DNA of 64,000 nucleotides from an uncultured Methanosarcinales archaeon (GCA_964624275.1 CAZUXP010000001.1:1799-65798); one strand, 5' to 3'; positions 38,068 through 49,218 are shown, counted from the stretch's first letter. Translations and numbers: made by a program. The notes: generated by a model from the letters alone, not told the origin.

Positions 38068-38070
38068 GGT

Positions 38071-38571
38071 TTACAACCTTATTTTTTTTCTGACAAAATA
38101 TTCCTGACCATTTTCGGTCAGAATACTTTGTATTAGTTCTAATTCAGAAACGTTAATTTCTTTTTTAGGCAATTGAACTTTTTTGAATTGTTTAATTTCT
38201 TGTATAGTTAATTTTCGTTTTACACGCGCAACAGTGATATGAGGCTGAAATTTTCCAAAATGATATTTGTTTTTGAAGAGATTTTGAATTTTTTGTTGTA
38301 ATTCTTGAAGTTTTTTAGAATACTGAATTGGAATATACCAAACTTTCGAATTATTTTTTGAACCAAAATAGTCTAATTGAGACTTTGTTTTAAGCGTAAA
38401 AGGTTTTAAAAATTTTGTTTGAAGTTTTTGTTTAATATATACAAACTCTTCATTTGACACATCACCAAAAAACGCAAGTGTACAGTGGTAGTGTGATACT
38501 GATTTTATACTTAAAAGAGGTTTCATATCTATCTGTTCAAGATCAATTGGAATCGCAACAAAAATTCTCAT
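38071..38571 (-). CDS. ligT: RNA 2',3'-cyclic phosphodiesterase / 2'-5' RNA ligase (LigT, 2H family)
   Basis: Two H-x-T/S-x motifs: HCTLAF and HITVAR. Confidence 0.65.
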   Translation of the reverse strand: MRIFVAIPIDLEQIDMKPLLSIKSVSHYHCTLAFFGDVSNEEFVYIKQKLQTKFLKPFTLKTKSQLDYFGSKNNSKVWYIPIQYSKKLQELQQKIQNLFKNKYHFGKFQPHITVARVKRKLTIQEIKQFKKVQLPKKEINVSELELIQSILTENGQEYFVRKKIRL

Positions 38572-38953
38572 AAGTTTTATATAGTATATTTGGAATTTAA
38601 AATTCTATGGATTTTGATATATATAATAATTCAATTCGTTGTATTATGAAAGTAGGTGAATCTTTAGAATCAGATTTTAAACGTTTAGAAAATAGAATTA
38701 AACTACGACTAAAAAAAAGTTTTCAACTTATGTACTTTCAGACTCAAGAACAGAAAAAATCTGATGGTTCACGAGTTAAGAAAAGATATTATCTTCAAAA
38801 CAATAAAAGTAATTGGGGTGAATTACAAATTGTGTATTGGCCCGTAGCGAAGTTTCGCATGTTTTATATAAATATTATATCGTACGAACGAAACTATTCT
38901 GTAAAAGAAAAAAATGAAAGAAAAGCAAGGGATAACTTGCTTTTGAAATTACG

Positions 38954-39961
38954 TTAAAGTTTTGCAGGCTCTAAACGATCAGTTGTGACCATAAACGCAC
39001 ATTCTCCATCTGGCAAATTCGGACTATCTATGAGTTTTGCAACACGACAACCTTTTTTCCCTTTTCGCAAATACATTCGAAATGTACTTGAATGTGCTAC
39101 TATGTGACCACCTATAGCTGCTGTTGGATCTCCAAAGAATGAATCAGGTTTTGACATAACTTGATTTGTGACATACACACATAAATTATGTATATCTGAC
39201 AATCGACTCATCGTGTGCATATGTTTGTTTAATTTTTGCTGTCTTACTGAAAGTGTTCCACGTCCAACGAATTCGGCTCGAAAATGTGACGTTAATGAAT
39301 CTATAATAAGTAATTTAACATCTAATTCATCTTTTAACACTAGTTCTTCAACTTTTTCAACTAAAAGCATCTGATGGTCTGAATTATATGCTTTTGCAAC
39401 TTTAATCTGCTTTAAAACTTTTTCAGGATTTAAATCTGCTCCTTTTGCAAGTTCAATAATTCGTTCTGGACGAAATGTTCGTTCCGTATCGACATATACT
39501 GCGTATGAGTTAGGAAATTTTTTGAGCATTTGTACACAAAGTACATGTGCGATCTGAGTTTTTGAAGAACCAAACTCGCCAAAACATTCAACAATACTTC
39601 CAGTTTCAAAACCGCCACCAAGCATTGCATCAAATTCATCAACACCGGTTGAGATTTTCACAACACTTTTTCTTCGAACAAGAACATCATCACCTGTTTC
39701 AAAACCCATGTTCATGTTTTGTCTGCACCAATTAATCATTTTTCGTGCAACAGTTTCACTGATTCCTGCAGCTTCAACAAGTTCTCCTGGAGTTGCAACG
39801 GCAATACTTATTGGATCGTTAAATCCACAATCATTTAATTTGTCTGCGGTTGTTGCGCCAACTCCTGGAATATCAGTTAAATGTAACTTTTCTTTTTTTT
39901 CAATAGTTTGTTCTTCTTGTGTTTCAATTATTTCATCTGGTATTTGTATATCCGTAGTCAT
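38954..39961 (-). CDS. radA: DNA repair and recombination protein RadA
   Basis: N-terminal HhH (LTDIPGVGATTADKL), Walker A GEFGSSKTQ, Walker B LLIIDS, RadA/Rad51 length. Confidence 0.85.
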   Translation of the reverse strand: MTTDIQIPDEIIETQEEQTIEKKEKLHLTDIPGVGATTADKLNDCGFNDPISIAVATPGELVEAAGISETVARKMINWCRQNMNMGFETGDDVLVRRKSVVKISTGVDEFDAMLGGGFETGSIVECFGEFGSSKTQIAHVLCVQMLKKFPNSYAVYVDTERTFRPERIIELAKGADLNPEKVLKQIKVAKAYNSDHQMLLVEKVEELVLKDELDVKLLIIDSLTSHFRAEFVGRGTLSVRQQKLNKHMHTMSRLSDIHNLCVYVTNQVMSKPDSFFGDPTAAIGGHIVAHSSTFRMYLRKGKKGCRVAKLIDSPNLPDGECAFMVTTDRLEPAKL

Positions 39962-39977
39962 TTTAATTTACCTCTAT

Positions 39978-40235
39978 TTATGCGAGTTGTTCATCTGTAT
40001 TTGTCATTGCGAGATATTCATATGCTTTTTCAAGTACGAGCTGAGCTTTTGGTAAGTCACCCATTCGCATATTAGCCGAATTTTTCCATTCACCGCTTTT
40101 ATCCTTGTAAGCCCGTTGTAATGAAATTGAATGTAACGTTAACTGTTGACCATTAATTTCTCGTTGGTTAGACCATATCGTTGCACTAATGCCTCCTGCA
40201 TTAAATCTTTTTTCTATTAAATTTTTTTCATCCAT
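39978..40235 (-). CDS. small hypothetical protein, possibly PC4/YdbC-like ssDNA-binding
   Basis: 85 aa ORF immediately upstream of radA on the same strand; weak resemblance only. Confidence 0.3.
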   Translation of the reverse strand: MDEKNLIEKRFNAGGISATIWSNQREINGQQLTLHSISLQRAYKDKSGEWKNSANMRMGDLPKAQLVLEKAYEYLAMTNTDEQLA

Positions 40236-40328
40236 TCTTTAGACCTCTCTGTCTTTTTAGAAAATAGGATATTTAAGCTTGTTTAAATAGAAGAGGCGCA
40301 CAGTTGTCGAGTGTCCAGTGTAGAAAAA

Positions 40329-43300
40329 CTAGTCTTTTGATTGTTTTAGAATTATTTTCGTAATACTAATTGCAACAAATGTAATAATAAAAATAATTAA
40401 AAAAATATATAACCAATTAAACTGTGGTTCTTTTGCATATTCGATAAAAATTGTGTGCTTTGAAAGTGGATGAAAGACAGTAAGTGTTGTTATTGAATCT
40501 TCCTCTGCTAATTGATAACAAGGACCATTTACGATGTCGTAATAGAATATTTTTGATTTTTGCGGACATTCGATTATATTGTTCATATCAAATAATATAT
40601 TTTGTGGTTGTTGAGTAAAACCATTTATGGTTATTGTAGTATTTGAAATTTGTGTACTATAAAATGAATCTAACGTAATTTCAATAAGGTGGGATTCTTC
40701 TGATTCGTATTCAATTGTTTCAATTTCATTTGTAAAATCATTTTGAACACTTTCCACGCGCAATTGTGATGCAATTGAGATGATTGGTTCTTCAGTATTT
40801 TCATATAAATTTATACAATCAGGGTCTTGAGTAATACATTGCACTAATTCTCCATTTGGTTCTGCAAAATATTCTGGACAAACGCCGTCAGAAACTCCGC
40901 AATCATATTGTACTTCACAGATTTTTACTGCTGTTATATCAAGTCTTGGGTATTCGATAGGAACACATTGTTGTAAACTTTCATTCCAAACTTGATTTTC
41001 TGGACAAGTCACATCAACACATTGTTGTAAACTTTCATTCCAAACTTCATCATCCAAACAAATTACTTCTTCTTCAAGCTCACAAATTGAACCATTTAAG
41101 ATGAATCCTTCATCACAAGTATACTCACACGATGGTTCATCAACCGAACATTCTTGAACTAATGTAATAGTTCCACTATTTAATGGCTGAGATATACAAG
41201 AAGTCGCATTATTGGGAATTTCACCTGTACAAATTGGTTCTTGAACTATACACGAATCGTATTCATAAGAACCATTTAACTCACCATCAAAGCAAGTACG
41301 TTTTTGGGAGTTACAATTTTCACCAAAAAGAACTTGTTCGTTTTCGTATAGTATTATTGAATTATTATGTTCCAATATTTCACCATTTGGTAATGTACAA
41401 TATTGAAAATCATCTTCGGTACAACTATCAAATTCAAATGAACCACTTAGTGTTCCATTGTTACAAACTCGCAACTCACTATTGCATTGTTCACCGAGAG
41501 GTGGCGGTGATTCTTCATATAACAACCATTGTGTATTATGTCCTACAGTTGTACCATTAGGTAATTCACATGTTTCATATTCTTGTATACAACGATTATT
41601 TTCTGCATCAAAAACATGGTATTCAGGACAGTAATATTCACAATTTCTCTGTGGTGTACAACTTGATAAGTTATCAACAACTATTGCATAATTATTAGGG
41701 TTTACCCAATTCCAAAAACTCGGATTAATATTATCTCCTCCGCAAAGTGTTGCATCTGATGGAATATTTAAACAACTGCTTTCAAGACAAGAAGCTGAAG
41801 ATGGATCATAATGAGACCCTTGAGGACAGAGTGGTTCACAATTAATTTGAGTGAGATTTGACATTGCTTCTTGTAATGAAGAAACAACTGAGTTTATACC
41901 TTGCGAATATCCATAATCATTACCTCCAGTAGATGAAGAAGCAAGAGTATAAAATCCACAATAAGAACCACAACCATCATTAAAAGTATTGATTTGGATT
42001 GATTTTTCAAGTGCTTTATCAATAAAATGATTTGTAATTTCTGTTTTTTCAGAATCCGAACAAAAATCGCTTCCGCAAGGTCCTTCATCTGCTAATATGA
42101 ATTGTGTTTTTAATGAACCATCTCTCCACAAATTTGAAAAACTTCCACAATAACCTGCTAAAGCCCATGCTTCATTTTCATGATCATTACCCATCCCTTG
42201 AACTTTATAATAACTCGACGCTAGTGCATCACAGCCTAATTCAATAGTTTCATGAGTTATTGAAAGTCCATAATAATCTTGATATATTACACGAATCTCG
42301 GAAGAAACATCATAACCTTGGTTTTCTAAGTTTTCAATTACTATATTATACGCGTTTGCAATATCAAGTGAATTCAATTCATTTGAAAAACTACCTGATG
42401 TATCGACTAATAATTGTAGATCTATTTCATTAAAATTAACTGGCTCACAGTAACATGCGTTTTCATCGATTAAACCGTCCCCGTTATTATCAACTCCGTC
42501 ACAAATTTCAGGACCACCTATACCCCATATATTTGGATTAGAATCATCAATATCTTCGCCAATAGGAGATCGAATGAATCCATCAATATTATCCCCGCCA
42601 CAAAATTCAACTGGTTCTATTGAAGCATTATAATATCTATCATTATCATTATCTACATAAAACTCTTCAAAGGAATATTTTGTATCATTTGTATCATCAC
42701 AATCAACTCCGAAATACTCTGAAGCAAAGTTCCATTCATTTAACGGTTGTGGATTATCTCCTAAACAAATATTTAGGGTCTGTGAATCATCATAATAACC
42801 ATCACCGTCACTATCTCTATATAATCCATATGTACTATTTCCAGCTTTAGAATTCGTATCATCACAATCTAAACCTTTTGCATTAGATTCCAAAACAAGT
42901 CCTTGCGTTGAGTCTCCAACACAAAGTAAAACTGAATCATCACTATCATTATAAAATGAATCTCCATCAAGATCAGTATAATGTATTCCGAGTACATTTT
43001 TTCTTGTTGCATTCGTATCGTCACAATCAACTCCGAGATATTCTGAAGCAAAGTTCCATTCATTTAGCGGTTGTGGATTATCTCCTAAACAAATATTTAG
43101 GGTCTGTGAATCATTATAATAACCATCGCCGTCACCATCTTTATATAATCCGTAAGTATCATTTCCTGCTTTAGGATTCGTATCATCACAATCAGGACCC
43201 AAACTTAAGTAATCTCTTATGTAGTCTGTCGTTGATTCTCCTTCACAAAGATAAACTTCGCCTATTGAGTTATTATGAAAAAAATCATTATCGTTATCTA

Positions 43301-45014
43301 CATAAAATAAACCTTGCGATACATTCAATGAAGAATTCGTATCATCACAGTCAATACCGGAAGAACTGTACTGGGGAACAAGACTTTGTGTTGATTCCCC
43401 TACACAAACAGGTCTTAATGGTACGAGCGGATCATGATAGGTATCTTCGTCTTGATCTTGATAATATAATGAAGATAAACTCTCATTTCTAAGTGCAGTT
43501 GTATCATCACAGTCAATACTAATATACGTCGATCTAAAATCCCAATTTGTTAAATCAGTTGGTAATGTTTCGCCAGCACATGAGTTAATTTCACTTGACA
43601 AATCATAATATCCATCCCCGTCATTGTCTAAATATAACTTGTCATTTACCGTTGTTGCATATTCATTATTATCATTACAATCATATCCGTTATAACTCGT
43701 AGTCCACGATGAAAAATCATCTGGAACAGGATCACCATTACAAACATCAATCGGTTGAATTGAATTATTAATGTATCCATCACCATCACCGTCATAGTAA
43801 AGTCTTCCTGATGTGGCAAATTCGTTATTATCATCACAATCAACTCCTAGTTGTTGTGAACTGTTAATAAGTTTAGTATAATCAAGATCATCAGTATATT
43901 CGGAACAATACATGTATCCAATTGTTGAATTATAATAAAAATCTCCGTCATTATCGTAGTATTGATTGCGCGTGGCTAATGAACTCGTATCATCACAATC
44001 AACCCCTAGTTGTTGTGAATCGTTAATGAGTTTAGTATAATCAACACCTTGATATTTTTCACATGAGGTGAGTTGTCCTAGTGTGCTATTATAATAAAAA
44101 TCTCCGTCATTATCGTAGTATTGATTGTGCGTTGCTAATAAACTCGTATCATCACAATCAACCCCTAGTTGTTGTGAATCGTTAATGAGTTTAGTATAAT
44201 CAACACCTTGATATTTTTCACATGAGGTGAGTTGTCCTAGTGTGCTATTATAATAAAAATCTCCGTCATTATCGTAGTATTGATTGCGCGTTGCTAATGA
44301 ACTCGTATCATCACAATCAACTGTTGCTTCTTCAATCCAAGTAGGAGGAATTGCATCTTGGCAAAAATATCTTGGAATTATTGAATCATTATGATACCCA
44401 TCAGTATCGCCATCATAATATAATGGTCCAACTAACTCATCTTCATTACAATTTAATTTGAAGTAATCAGCTGAAAAATCAATACAAAATCCAAATAAAT
44501 TAAAACCATCACAATGATTATCAATTAATGATTCTGATGTCGTTGTTTCAATACAAAGTGAATTACTTGTAAAACCATTACAATTATCAATCTGCGCATT
44601 CTGAACAAGAGTTTTTTTTTCTATACAAAAACCATCAAATAATATTCCTTCACAGTGTGTATCTTGAGTCTCAGGATCGTTGACTGTCGATTCAACACAA
44701 AGATAATGTGAATTGAATCCATTACAAGGTGTGATAGTGTTCGCTTTTATTTGGACAGTATAATCGATACAAAAACCGTTCAAATTAGCTCCATCACAAG
44801 AAAATTCAAAATCAGAAGGATTATTCACTGTACTTTCAACACATAGATAACTTTCACTTAAAATTCCTGAGCAAATTTTATAATTAGGAATTTGAGAAAC
44901 TTCATAAGAGAAACAAATACTATCTTCTAAAAAACACTGTTCTTGAATTGCAAAAACGGGTGTTAATAGTACAATTGCTCCTATTAAGTAAAACAATAAT
45001 TTCATGAAACTCAT
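40329..45014 (-). CDS. giant (1561 aa) cell-surface protein with signal peptide, C-terminal TM anchor and many MopE-like putative metal-binding motif repeats
   Basis: N-terminal signal MSFMKLLFYLIGAIVLLTPVFA, C-terminal hydrophobic anchor. More than 15 repeats of the pattern DCDDTxxxAxxxxYYD(N/G)DGDGYY. Also CDGVDNNGDGLIDEN (PF11617-type motif). Confidence 0.7.
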   Translation of the reverse strand: MSFMKLLFYLIGAIVLLTPVFAIQEQCFLEDSICFSYEVSQIPNYKICSGILSESYLCVESTVNNPSDFEFSCDGANLNGFCIDYTVQIKANTITPCNGFNSHYLCVESTVNDPETQDTHCEGILFDGFCIEKKTLVQNAQIDNCNGFTSNSLCIETTTSESLIDNHCDGFNLFGFCIDFSADYFKLNCNEDELVGPLYYDGDTDGYHNDSIIPRYFCQDAIPPTWIEEATVDCDDTSSLATRNQYYDNDGDFYYNSTLGQLTSCEKYQGVDYTKLINDSQQLGVDCDDTSLLATHNQYYDNDGDFYYNSTLGQLTSCEKYQGVDYTKLINDSQQLGVDCDDTSSLATRNQYYDNDGDFYYNSTIGYMYCSEYTDDLDYTKLINSSQQLGVDCDDNNEFATSGRLYYDGDGDGYINNSIQPIDVCNGDPVPDDFSSWTTSYNGYDCNDNNEYATTVNDKLYLDNDGDGYYDLSSEINSCAGETLPTDLTNWDFRSTYISIDCDDTTALRNESLSSLYYQDQDEDTYHDPLVPLRPVCVGESTQSLVPQYSSSGIDCDDTNSSLNVSQGLFYVDNDNDFFHNNSIGEVYLCEGESTTDYIRDYLSLGPDCDDTNPKAGNDTYGLYKDGDGDGYYNDSQTLNICLGDNPQPLNEWNFASEYLGVDCDDTNATRKNVLGIHYTDLDGDSFYNDSDDSVLLCVGDSTQGLVLESNAKGLDCDDTNSKAGNSTYGLYRDSDGDGYYDDSQTLNICLGDNPQPLNEWNFASEYFGVDCDDTNDTKYSFEEFYVDNDNDRYYNASIEPVEFCGGDNIDGFIRSPIGEDIDDSNPNIWGIGGPEICDGVDNNGDGLIDENACYCEPVNFNEIDLQLLVDTSGSFSNELNSLDIANAYNIVIENLENQGYDVSSEIRVIYQDYYGLSITHETIELGCDALASSYYKVQGMGNDHENEAWALAGYCGSFSNLWRDGSLKTQFILADEGPCGSDFCSDSEKTEITNHFIDKALEKSIQINTFNDGCGSYCGFYTLASSSTGGNDYGYSQGINSVVSSLQEAMSNLTQINCEPLCPQGSHYDPSSASCLESSCLNIPSDATLCGGDNINPSFWNWVNPNNYAIVVDNLSSCTPQRNCEYYCPEYHVFDAENNRCIQEYETCELPNGTTVGHNTQWLLYEESPPPLGEQCNSELRVCNNGTLSGSFEFDSCTEDDFQYCTLPNGEILEHNNSIILYENEQVLFGENCNSQKRTCFDGELNGSYEYDSCIVQEPICTGEIPNNATSCISQPLNSGTITLVQECSVDEPSCEYTCDEGFILNGSICELEEEVICLDDEVWNESLQQCVDVTCPENQVWNESLQQCVPIEYPRLDITAVKICEVQYDCGVSDGVCPEYFAEPNGELVQCITQDPDCINLYENTEEPIISIASQLRVESVQNDFTNEIETIEYESEESHLIEITLDSFYSTQISNTTITINGFTQQPQNILFDMNNIIECPQKSKIFYYDIVNGPCYQLAEEDSITTLTVFHPLSKHTIFIEYAKEPQFNWLYIFLIIFIITFVAISITKIILKQSKD
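43931..44407 (-). repeat. three near-identical 159-bp tandem repeats inside the giant surface protein gene
   Basis: The unit beginning tataataaaaatctccgtcattatcgtagtattgattg recurs at 43931, 44090 and 44249 with only a few substitutions. Encodes DCDDTSSLATRNQYYDNDGDFYYNSTLGQLTSCEKYQGVDYTKLINDSQQLGV x3; divergent copies flank. Confidence 0.75.
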
Positions 45015-45547
45015 TGAATTTGTTCTAAATCAAAACAAACATTTTCTTCACCGCAGTTAGGTGTAACTGGTATATAATCATCATAACTGATATCTTCGCA
45101 ATCAGAATTTGAATAACTTGTTGCAGTCCTTTTATAATCAACTTCTAAATAATACTGTGCATTTCCGTAATATTGACAATCTGCAGCATGCAAATCCAAA
45201 CCTGATGAGTGATATCTAGGTGTGATATTCACGCGTAATGTGTATATTTCATTTGGATCTAAATCCACTAGAATAACACCTTGATCAGTATGATCTAAAT
45301 ATCTCCCACCATCTTGATTTACAATTGCATTTTGTGATGAATCAATTAATTGAAATGTAACCCTCCTATTAGAATGGCCTGTATCTAAACGAAATTCAGT
45401 ATTTACATCATCGTGAAGTAAACCGCCTCTTGCGGGCATCGTTATACTTTCGATATTGTAATGTATTTCAGTCATAAGTCCATGTACTTGAAACATACTT
45501 ATAATCAACAAAACAATCCATATTACTGTTATTTTTTTTAAAATCAT
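45011..45547 (-). CDS. small secreted protein, paralogue of 45560..46069
   Basis: Signal peptide, shared motifs (TEIxYxIxSIT...ARG, ITPNCG(E/D)...C(F/I)DL); overlaps giant gene start by 4 nt. Confidence 0.5.
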   Translation of the reverse strand: MILKKITVIWIVLLIISMFQVHGLMTEIHYNIESITMPARGGLLHDDVNTEFRLDTGHSNRRVTFQLIDSSQNAIVNQDGGRYLDHTDQGVILVDLDPNEIYTLRVNITPRYHSSGLDLHAADCQYYGNAQYYLEVDYKRTATSYSNSDCEDISYDDYIPVTPNCGEENVCFDLEQIQ

Positions 45548-45559
45548 ATTTTTTCCCTC

Positions 45560-46069
45560 TTAACCTAAATCAATACAAAAATCATCACCACAATTTGGTG
45601 TTATAAATAATTCATCTAATCCAGTATCACCCATACATCCTACATCTTGCCAATTGTCACTACTACTATTATAAACTCTTTGTGTGATAATATAAGGGTG
45701 TTGGTCATTTCCCCCTACCAACTCACAATTACCAGTATATATTGAATTTCCGCTTTTTGTATCTGGAATCATTCGTAAACGTACTGAATATTCTGAAATA
45801 CTTTCTGACTCAAAATATATTGAACCTGCAGTTTGAAAATTAATTGTATTTTCCATAGGAATTGATGTTAAAATTGTTTGGGATGAGTTTATAACCTCAA
45901 CATAAATTTGATCTGCTTCTAATTCAAATTCAATACTTGCATTATTTGCAAAATTTAAACCTCTTGCAGAATGTGTAATGCTATCAATTGAATACGTAAT
46001 TTCTGTTAATGTTGCAAATGAACTTACGCTTACGAGTACAAATAAAAGGATGAATATTTGGAGTTTCAT
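45560..46069 (-). CDS. small secreted protein, paralogue of 45011..45547
   Basis: Signal peptide MKLQIFILLFVLVSVSSFA; shared conserved C-terminal ITPNCGDDFCIDLG. Confidence 0.5.
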   Translation of the reverse strand: MKLQIFILLFVLVSVSSFATLTEITYSIDSITHSARGLNFANNASIEFELEADQIYVEVINSSQTILTSIPMENTINFQTAGSIYFESESISEYSVRLRMIPDTKSGNSIYTGNCELVGGNDQHPYIITQRVYNSSSDNWQDVGCMGDTGLDELFITPNCGDDFCIDLG

Positions 46070-46518
46070 TTCACTCCTCCTGAGACAGATATGGTTCTGA
46101 GTAAAAATAAAATATTTTGAGTGTTTTCGTCATATACTAAAACGAGCCTATCTTTGCTTAATGTATCACTTACTTCGACATATTTTGTACTTGAAGTTAA
46201 ATCAAGTGTATCGAAAAATTGAATTCTTCCTGCAAATGTTGTTTCTTCCCAAGATTTTTTTAATTCTTTATAGTCTGCAGGTGTTAAATGAGTATAAATT
46301 TCTATAGTTGGCTCAAAATTCATATTATTTTCTAAGAACTCTTGATAATCTGAATCGTTTTCTAACGCCATAAAAAATTCTGTTTTTTGTGAATTACTTA
46401 TTGTTAATTGAGTATCATCAGTGTTTGTTACTGAATCGGATGTATTAGTACATCCGACCATGAAAAAAATTATAGTGACTACGGACAATAAGATTATAAT
46501 TTTTTGTTTTAAAATCAT
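46066..46518 (-). CDS. small secreted/lipoprotein-like protein, first gene of surface operon
   Basis: Signal sequence ending ...FFMVGC (lipobox-like Cys); 4-nt overlap with downstream gene. Confidence 0.45.
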   Translation of the reverse strand: MILKQKIIILLSVVTIIFFMVGCTNTSDSVTNTDDTQLTISNSQKTEFFMALENDSDYQEFLENNMNFEPTIEIYTHLTPADYKELKKSWEETTFAGRIQFFDTLDLTSSTKYVEVSDTLSKDRLVLVYDENTQNILFLLRTISVSGGVK

Positions 46519-46763
46519 ACCTGTTTTTTCGCATATATTATTTATAAAGTTATCGATAAAATTGGCTACGTAGAAATTCTCGCAATAATATGAATTAATG
46601 CTTAAATAAAGTATATTGACTTAATTTGAAAATAAAACATTTTCGAAGTTCTGTTAAATTAATCTGTAATTCATGTAAGTACATAAAAGATTAAAGAGAG
46701 TTTATATATCGTGTTTTCAGACAAAAATCAAAAAACTATTAAAAGAATGACATTATTTGTTTT

Positions 46764-49214
46764 ATGATAATGACTGAAATACCAACAAATTACAATTCAC
46801 AAGAAGAAGAGCATAAGATTCAAACATTCTGGGAAAAAAACGGAGTTTTTACATTTAATCCAGATACAATAAAACCAATTTTTTCTATTGATACTCCGCC
46901 ACCAACACTTTCAGGAAAGATGCACGTTGGTCATGCTGCATCGTTTACGCAACAAGATATCATAGCACGATATAAACGGATGAAAGGTTTTGAAGTTTTT
47001 TATCCATTTGGAACTGATGATAATGGTCTTCCCACAATAAAACTTGTTCAAAAAGAAAAGAAATTAAATTTACATGCGTTGTCGCGTGAAGAAGAAATTA
47101 CACATTGTAAGGATTATGTTGAAACCGAACTTCCTCGATTTATTCAAGATTGGAAAGATATTGGGATGAGTTGTGATTTTAATATTACATACTCAACAAT
47201 TGATGATAATTCAAGACGTATTGCGCAAAAAACATTTTTAGATTTGGCAAAACAAAATCGAGTTTATCAAAAAGAAGCACCAATATTATGGGATACAAAA
47301 TTTCAATCTGCAATTGCGCAAGCAGAACTCGAAGATATTGAAAAAACAACATTGTTTAATGATATTGTTTTTCAAACTCAAAATGGTGAAGAACTCGTTA
47401 TAGCAACAACACGACCTGAATTATTAGGTGCATGTGTTGCAATTTTTGCACATCCTGATGATAAGCGCTATCAACATTTGTTTGGAAAACATGCATTGAG
47501 TCCGTTATATAACGCAAAAGTTCCAATTTTACCTGATGAAAAAGCAGATCCGCAAAAAGGAACGGGGATTGTGATGTGTTGTACATTTGGTGATCAAACT
47601 GATATTGAATGGTACAAAAAACATAATCTTCCGCTTATTATGGTTATTAATCCTGATGGAAAGATGAATGAACGGGCTGGTAAGTATGTTGGTTTAAAAA
47701 TTGACGATGCACGAAAACAAATTATTGAAGATTTAAAAAAAGCAAATTTACTTAAAAATCAAAAAGAAATTTCTCATACAGTAAATGTAGGTGAGCGAAG
47801 CGGAGTTGCAGTTGAAATTATCCATTCAAAGCAATGGTACGTAAAATACTTGGATAAGCGTGAAGACTTTTTACAATCAAGTGAAAAATTAAATTGGAAC
47901 CCGCATTTTATGAAACATCGTCTTGATAACTGGATTAAAGGTCTGAATTGGGATTGGTCGATTAGTCGTCAACGAAGTTATGGTATTCCAATACCGGTTT
48001 GGTATGATGAAACAGGAAAAATATATTATGCGGATGAAACACAATTACCTGTTGATCCAACTAAGGATAGACCATTAAGTGCACCAGAAGGTGTAACGTT
48101 GATTCCGGAAACTGATGTTTTTGATACGTGGTTTACATCGGCAAGTACGCCATTTTTAGCTACTGACTCATTTAAAGATAAACCTGTGTATAAAAAATTA
48201 TTTCCGATGAGTATGCGTCCACAGGCTCACGATATTATTAACTTTTGGTTATTTTATACGATGGCAAAAACCCGACTCTTACACGGTGTAAATCCGTGGG
48301 AAGATGCAATTATTTCAGGTTTTGTTTTAGATCCAAAAGGAAATAAAATGGCAAAATCAAAAGGAAATGTTGTATCCCCGCAAGTGATGATACAAAAACA
48401 TTCTGCTGACGCACTACGGTTTTGGGCAGGAAGTACAAAACTTGGGGAAGATTCGCCATTTTTAGAAGCGGAGTTACTAAATGCAAAAAAATTATTGAAT
48501 AAATTATGGAATGCAACCAAATTTTCACATTTACATTTAACTGATTTCACTGGTAAAAAACCTCTCGAATTCGAAATACTTGATCAGTGGATTATAGCAA
48601 AAACAAACACGCTTATTGATAAAACGACACAGAGTCTTGAAAATTACGAATATGCAAAAGCCAAATATGATATTGAACGTTTTTTTTGGCATGACTTTTG
48701 TGATAATTACTTAGAAATTGTCAAGGATAGATTATACAAGCCAGAAATTTATGGCGAGTCGGCAAGAAAAAGTGGACAATACACGATTCATTTTGTATGT
48801 ACGACTCTTATAAAATTATTTGCACCCTTTATTCCATATATAACAGAAAAATTATATCAAATATTCTTTAAAGAAGAACGAAGTAGTGTTCATCTCTGTG
48901 ATTGGCCAATACCTTTAGATGTTAATTTTGGTAATGATATTATGCAAAAAGGTGATATCGTTGTTGAATATATTGCACGGGTTCGGAGACAGAAATCAGA
49001 TGATGCAAAATCATTAAAGACGGCAATTAAATCTTTAACAGTTCATACAAATGATGAGTACAAATCAATATTTATAAATGCTCGTATGGATATCATTGGT
49101 ACGACAAAAACAGAAAAATTTGATGTCAAGATTCATACCGAGGATGATTCAATTACAAAATCAGGATTTTTGTGGACTGGTGAATCGTTAAAATACATCG
49201 AAGAAGAAAAATAA
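46764..49214 (+). CDS. valS: valyl-tRNA synthetase
   Basis: Class I signatures PPPTLSGKMHVGHA (HIGH) and KMAKSKGNVV (KMSKS); 816 aa with ValRS-type editing-domain region. Confidence 0.7.
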   Translation: MIMTEIPTNYNSQEEEHKIQTFWEKNGVFTFNPDTIKPIFSIDTPPPTLSGKMHVGHAASFTQQDIIARYKRMKGFEVFYPFGTDDNGLPTIKLVQKEKKLNLHALSREEEITHCKDYVETELPRFIQDWKDIGMSCDFNITYSTIDDNSRRIAQKTFLDLAKQNRVYQKEAPILWDTKFQSAIAQAELEDIEKTTLFNDIVFQTQNGEELVIATTRPELLGACVAIFAHPDDKRYQHLFGKHALSPLYNAKVPILPDEKADPQKGTGIVMCCTFGDQTDIEWYKKHNLPLIMVINPDGKMNERAGKYVGLKIDDARKQIIEDLKKANLLKNQKEISHTVNVGERSGVAVEIIHSKQWYVKYLDKREDFLQSSEKLNWNPHFMKHRLDNWIKGLNWDWSISRQRSYGIPIPVWYDETGKIYYADETQLPVDPTKDRPLSAPEGVTLIPETDVFDTWFTSASTPFLATDSFKDKPVYKKLFPMSMRPQAHDIINFWLFYTMAKTRLLHGVNPWEDAIISGFVLDPKGNKMAKSKGNVVSPQVMIQKHSADALRFWAGSTKLGEDSPFLEAELLNAKKLLNKLWNATKFSHLHLTDFTGKKPLEFEILDQWIIAKTNTLIDKTTQSLENYEYAKAKYDIERFFWHDFCDNYLEIVKDRLYKPEIYGESARKSGQYTIHFVCTTLIKLFAPFIPYITEKLYQIFFKEERSSVHLCDWPIPLDVNFGNDIMQKGDIVVEYIARVRRQKSDDAKSLKTAIKSLTVHTNDEYKSIFINARMDIIGTTKTEKFDVKIHTEDDSITKSGFLWTGESLKYIEEEK

Positions 49215-49218
49215 TTCG

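Noticed and set aside
38607-38957. 116-aa plus-strand ORF in the gap between ligT and radA
   Set aside because: Low-complexity K/N-rich product with no motif, in a region expected to hold the radA promoter. Retained only as a doubtful hypothetical and not listed as a feature.
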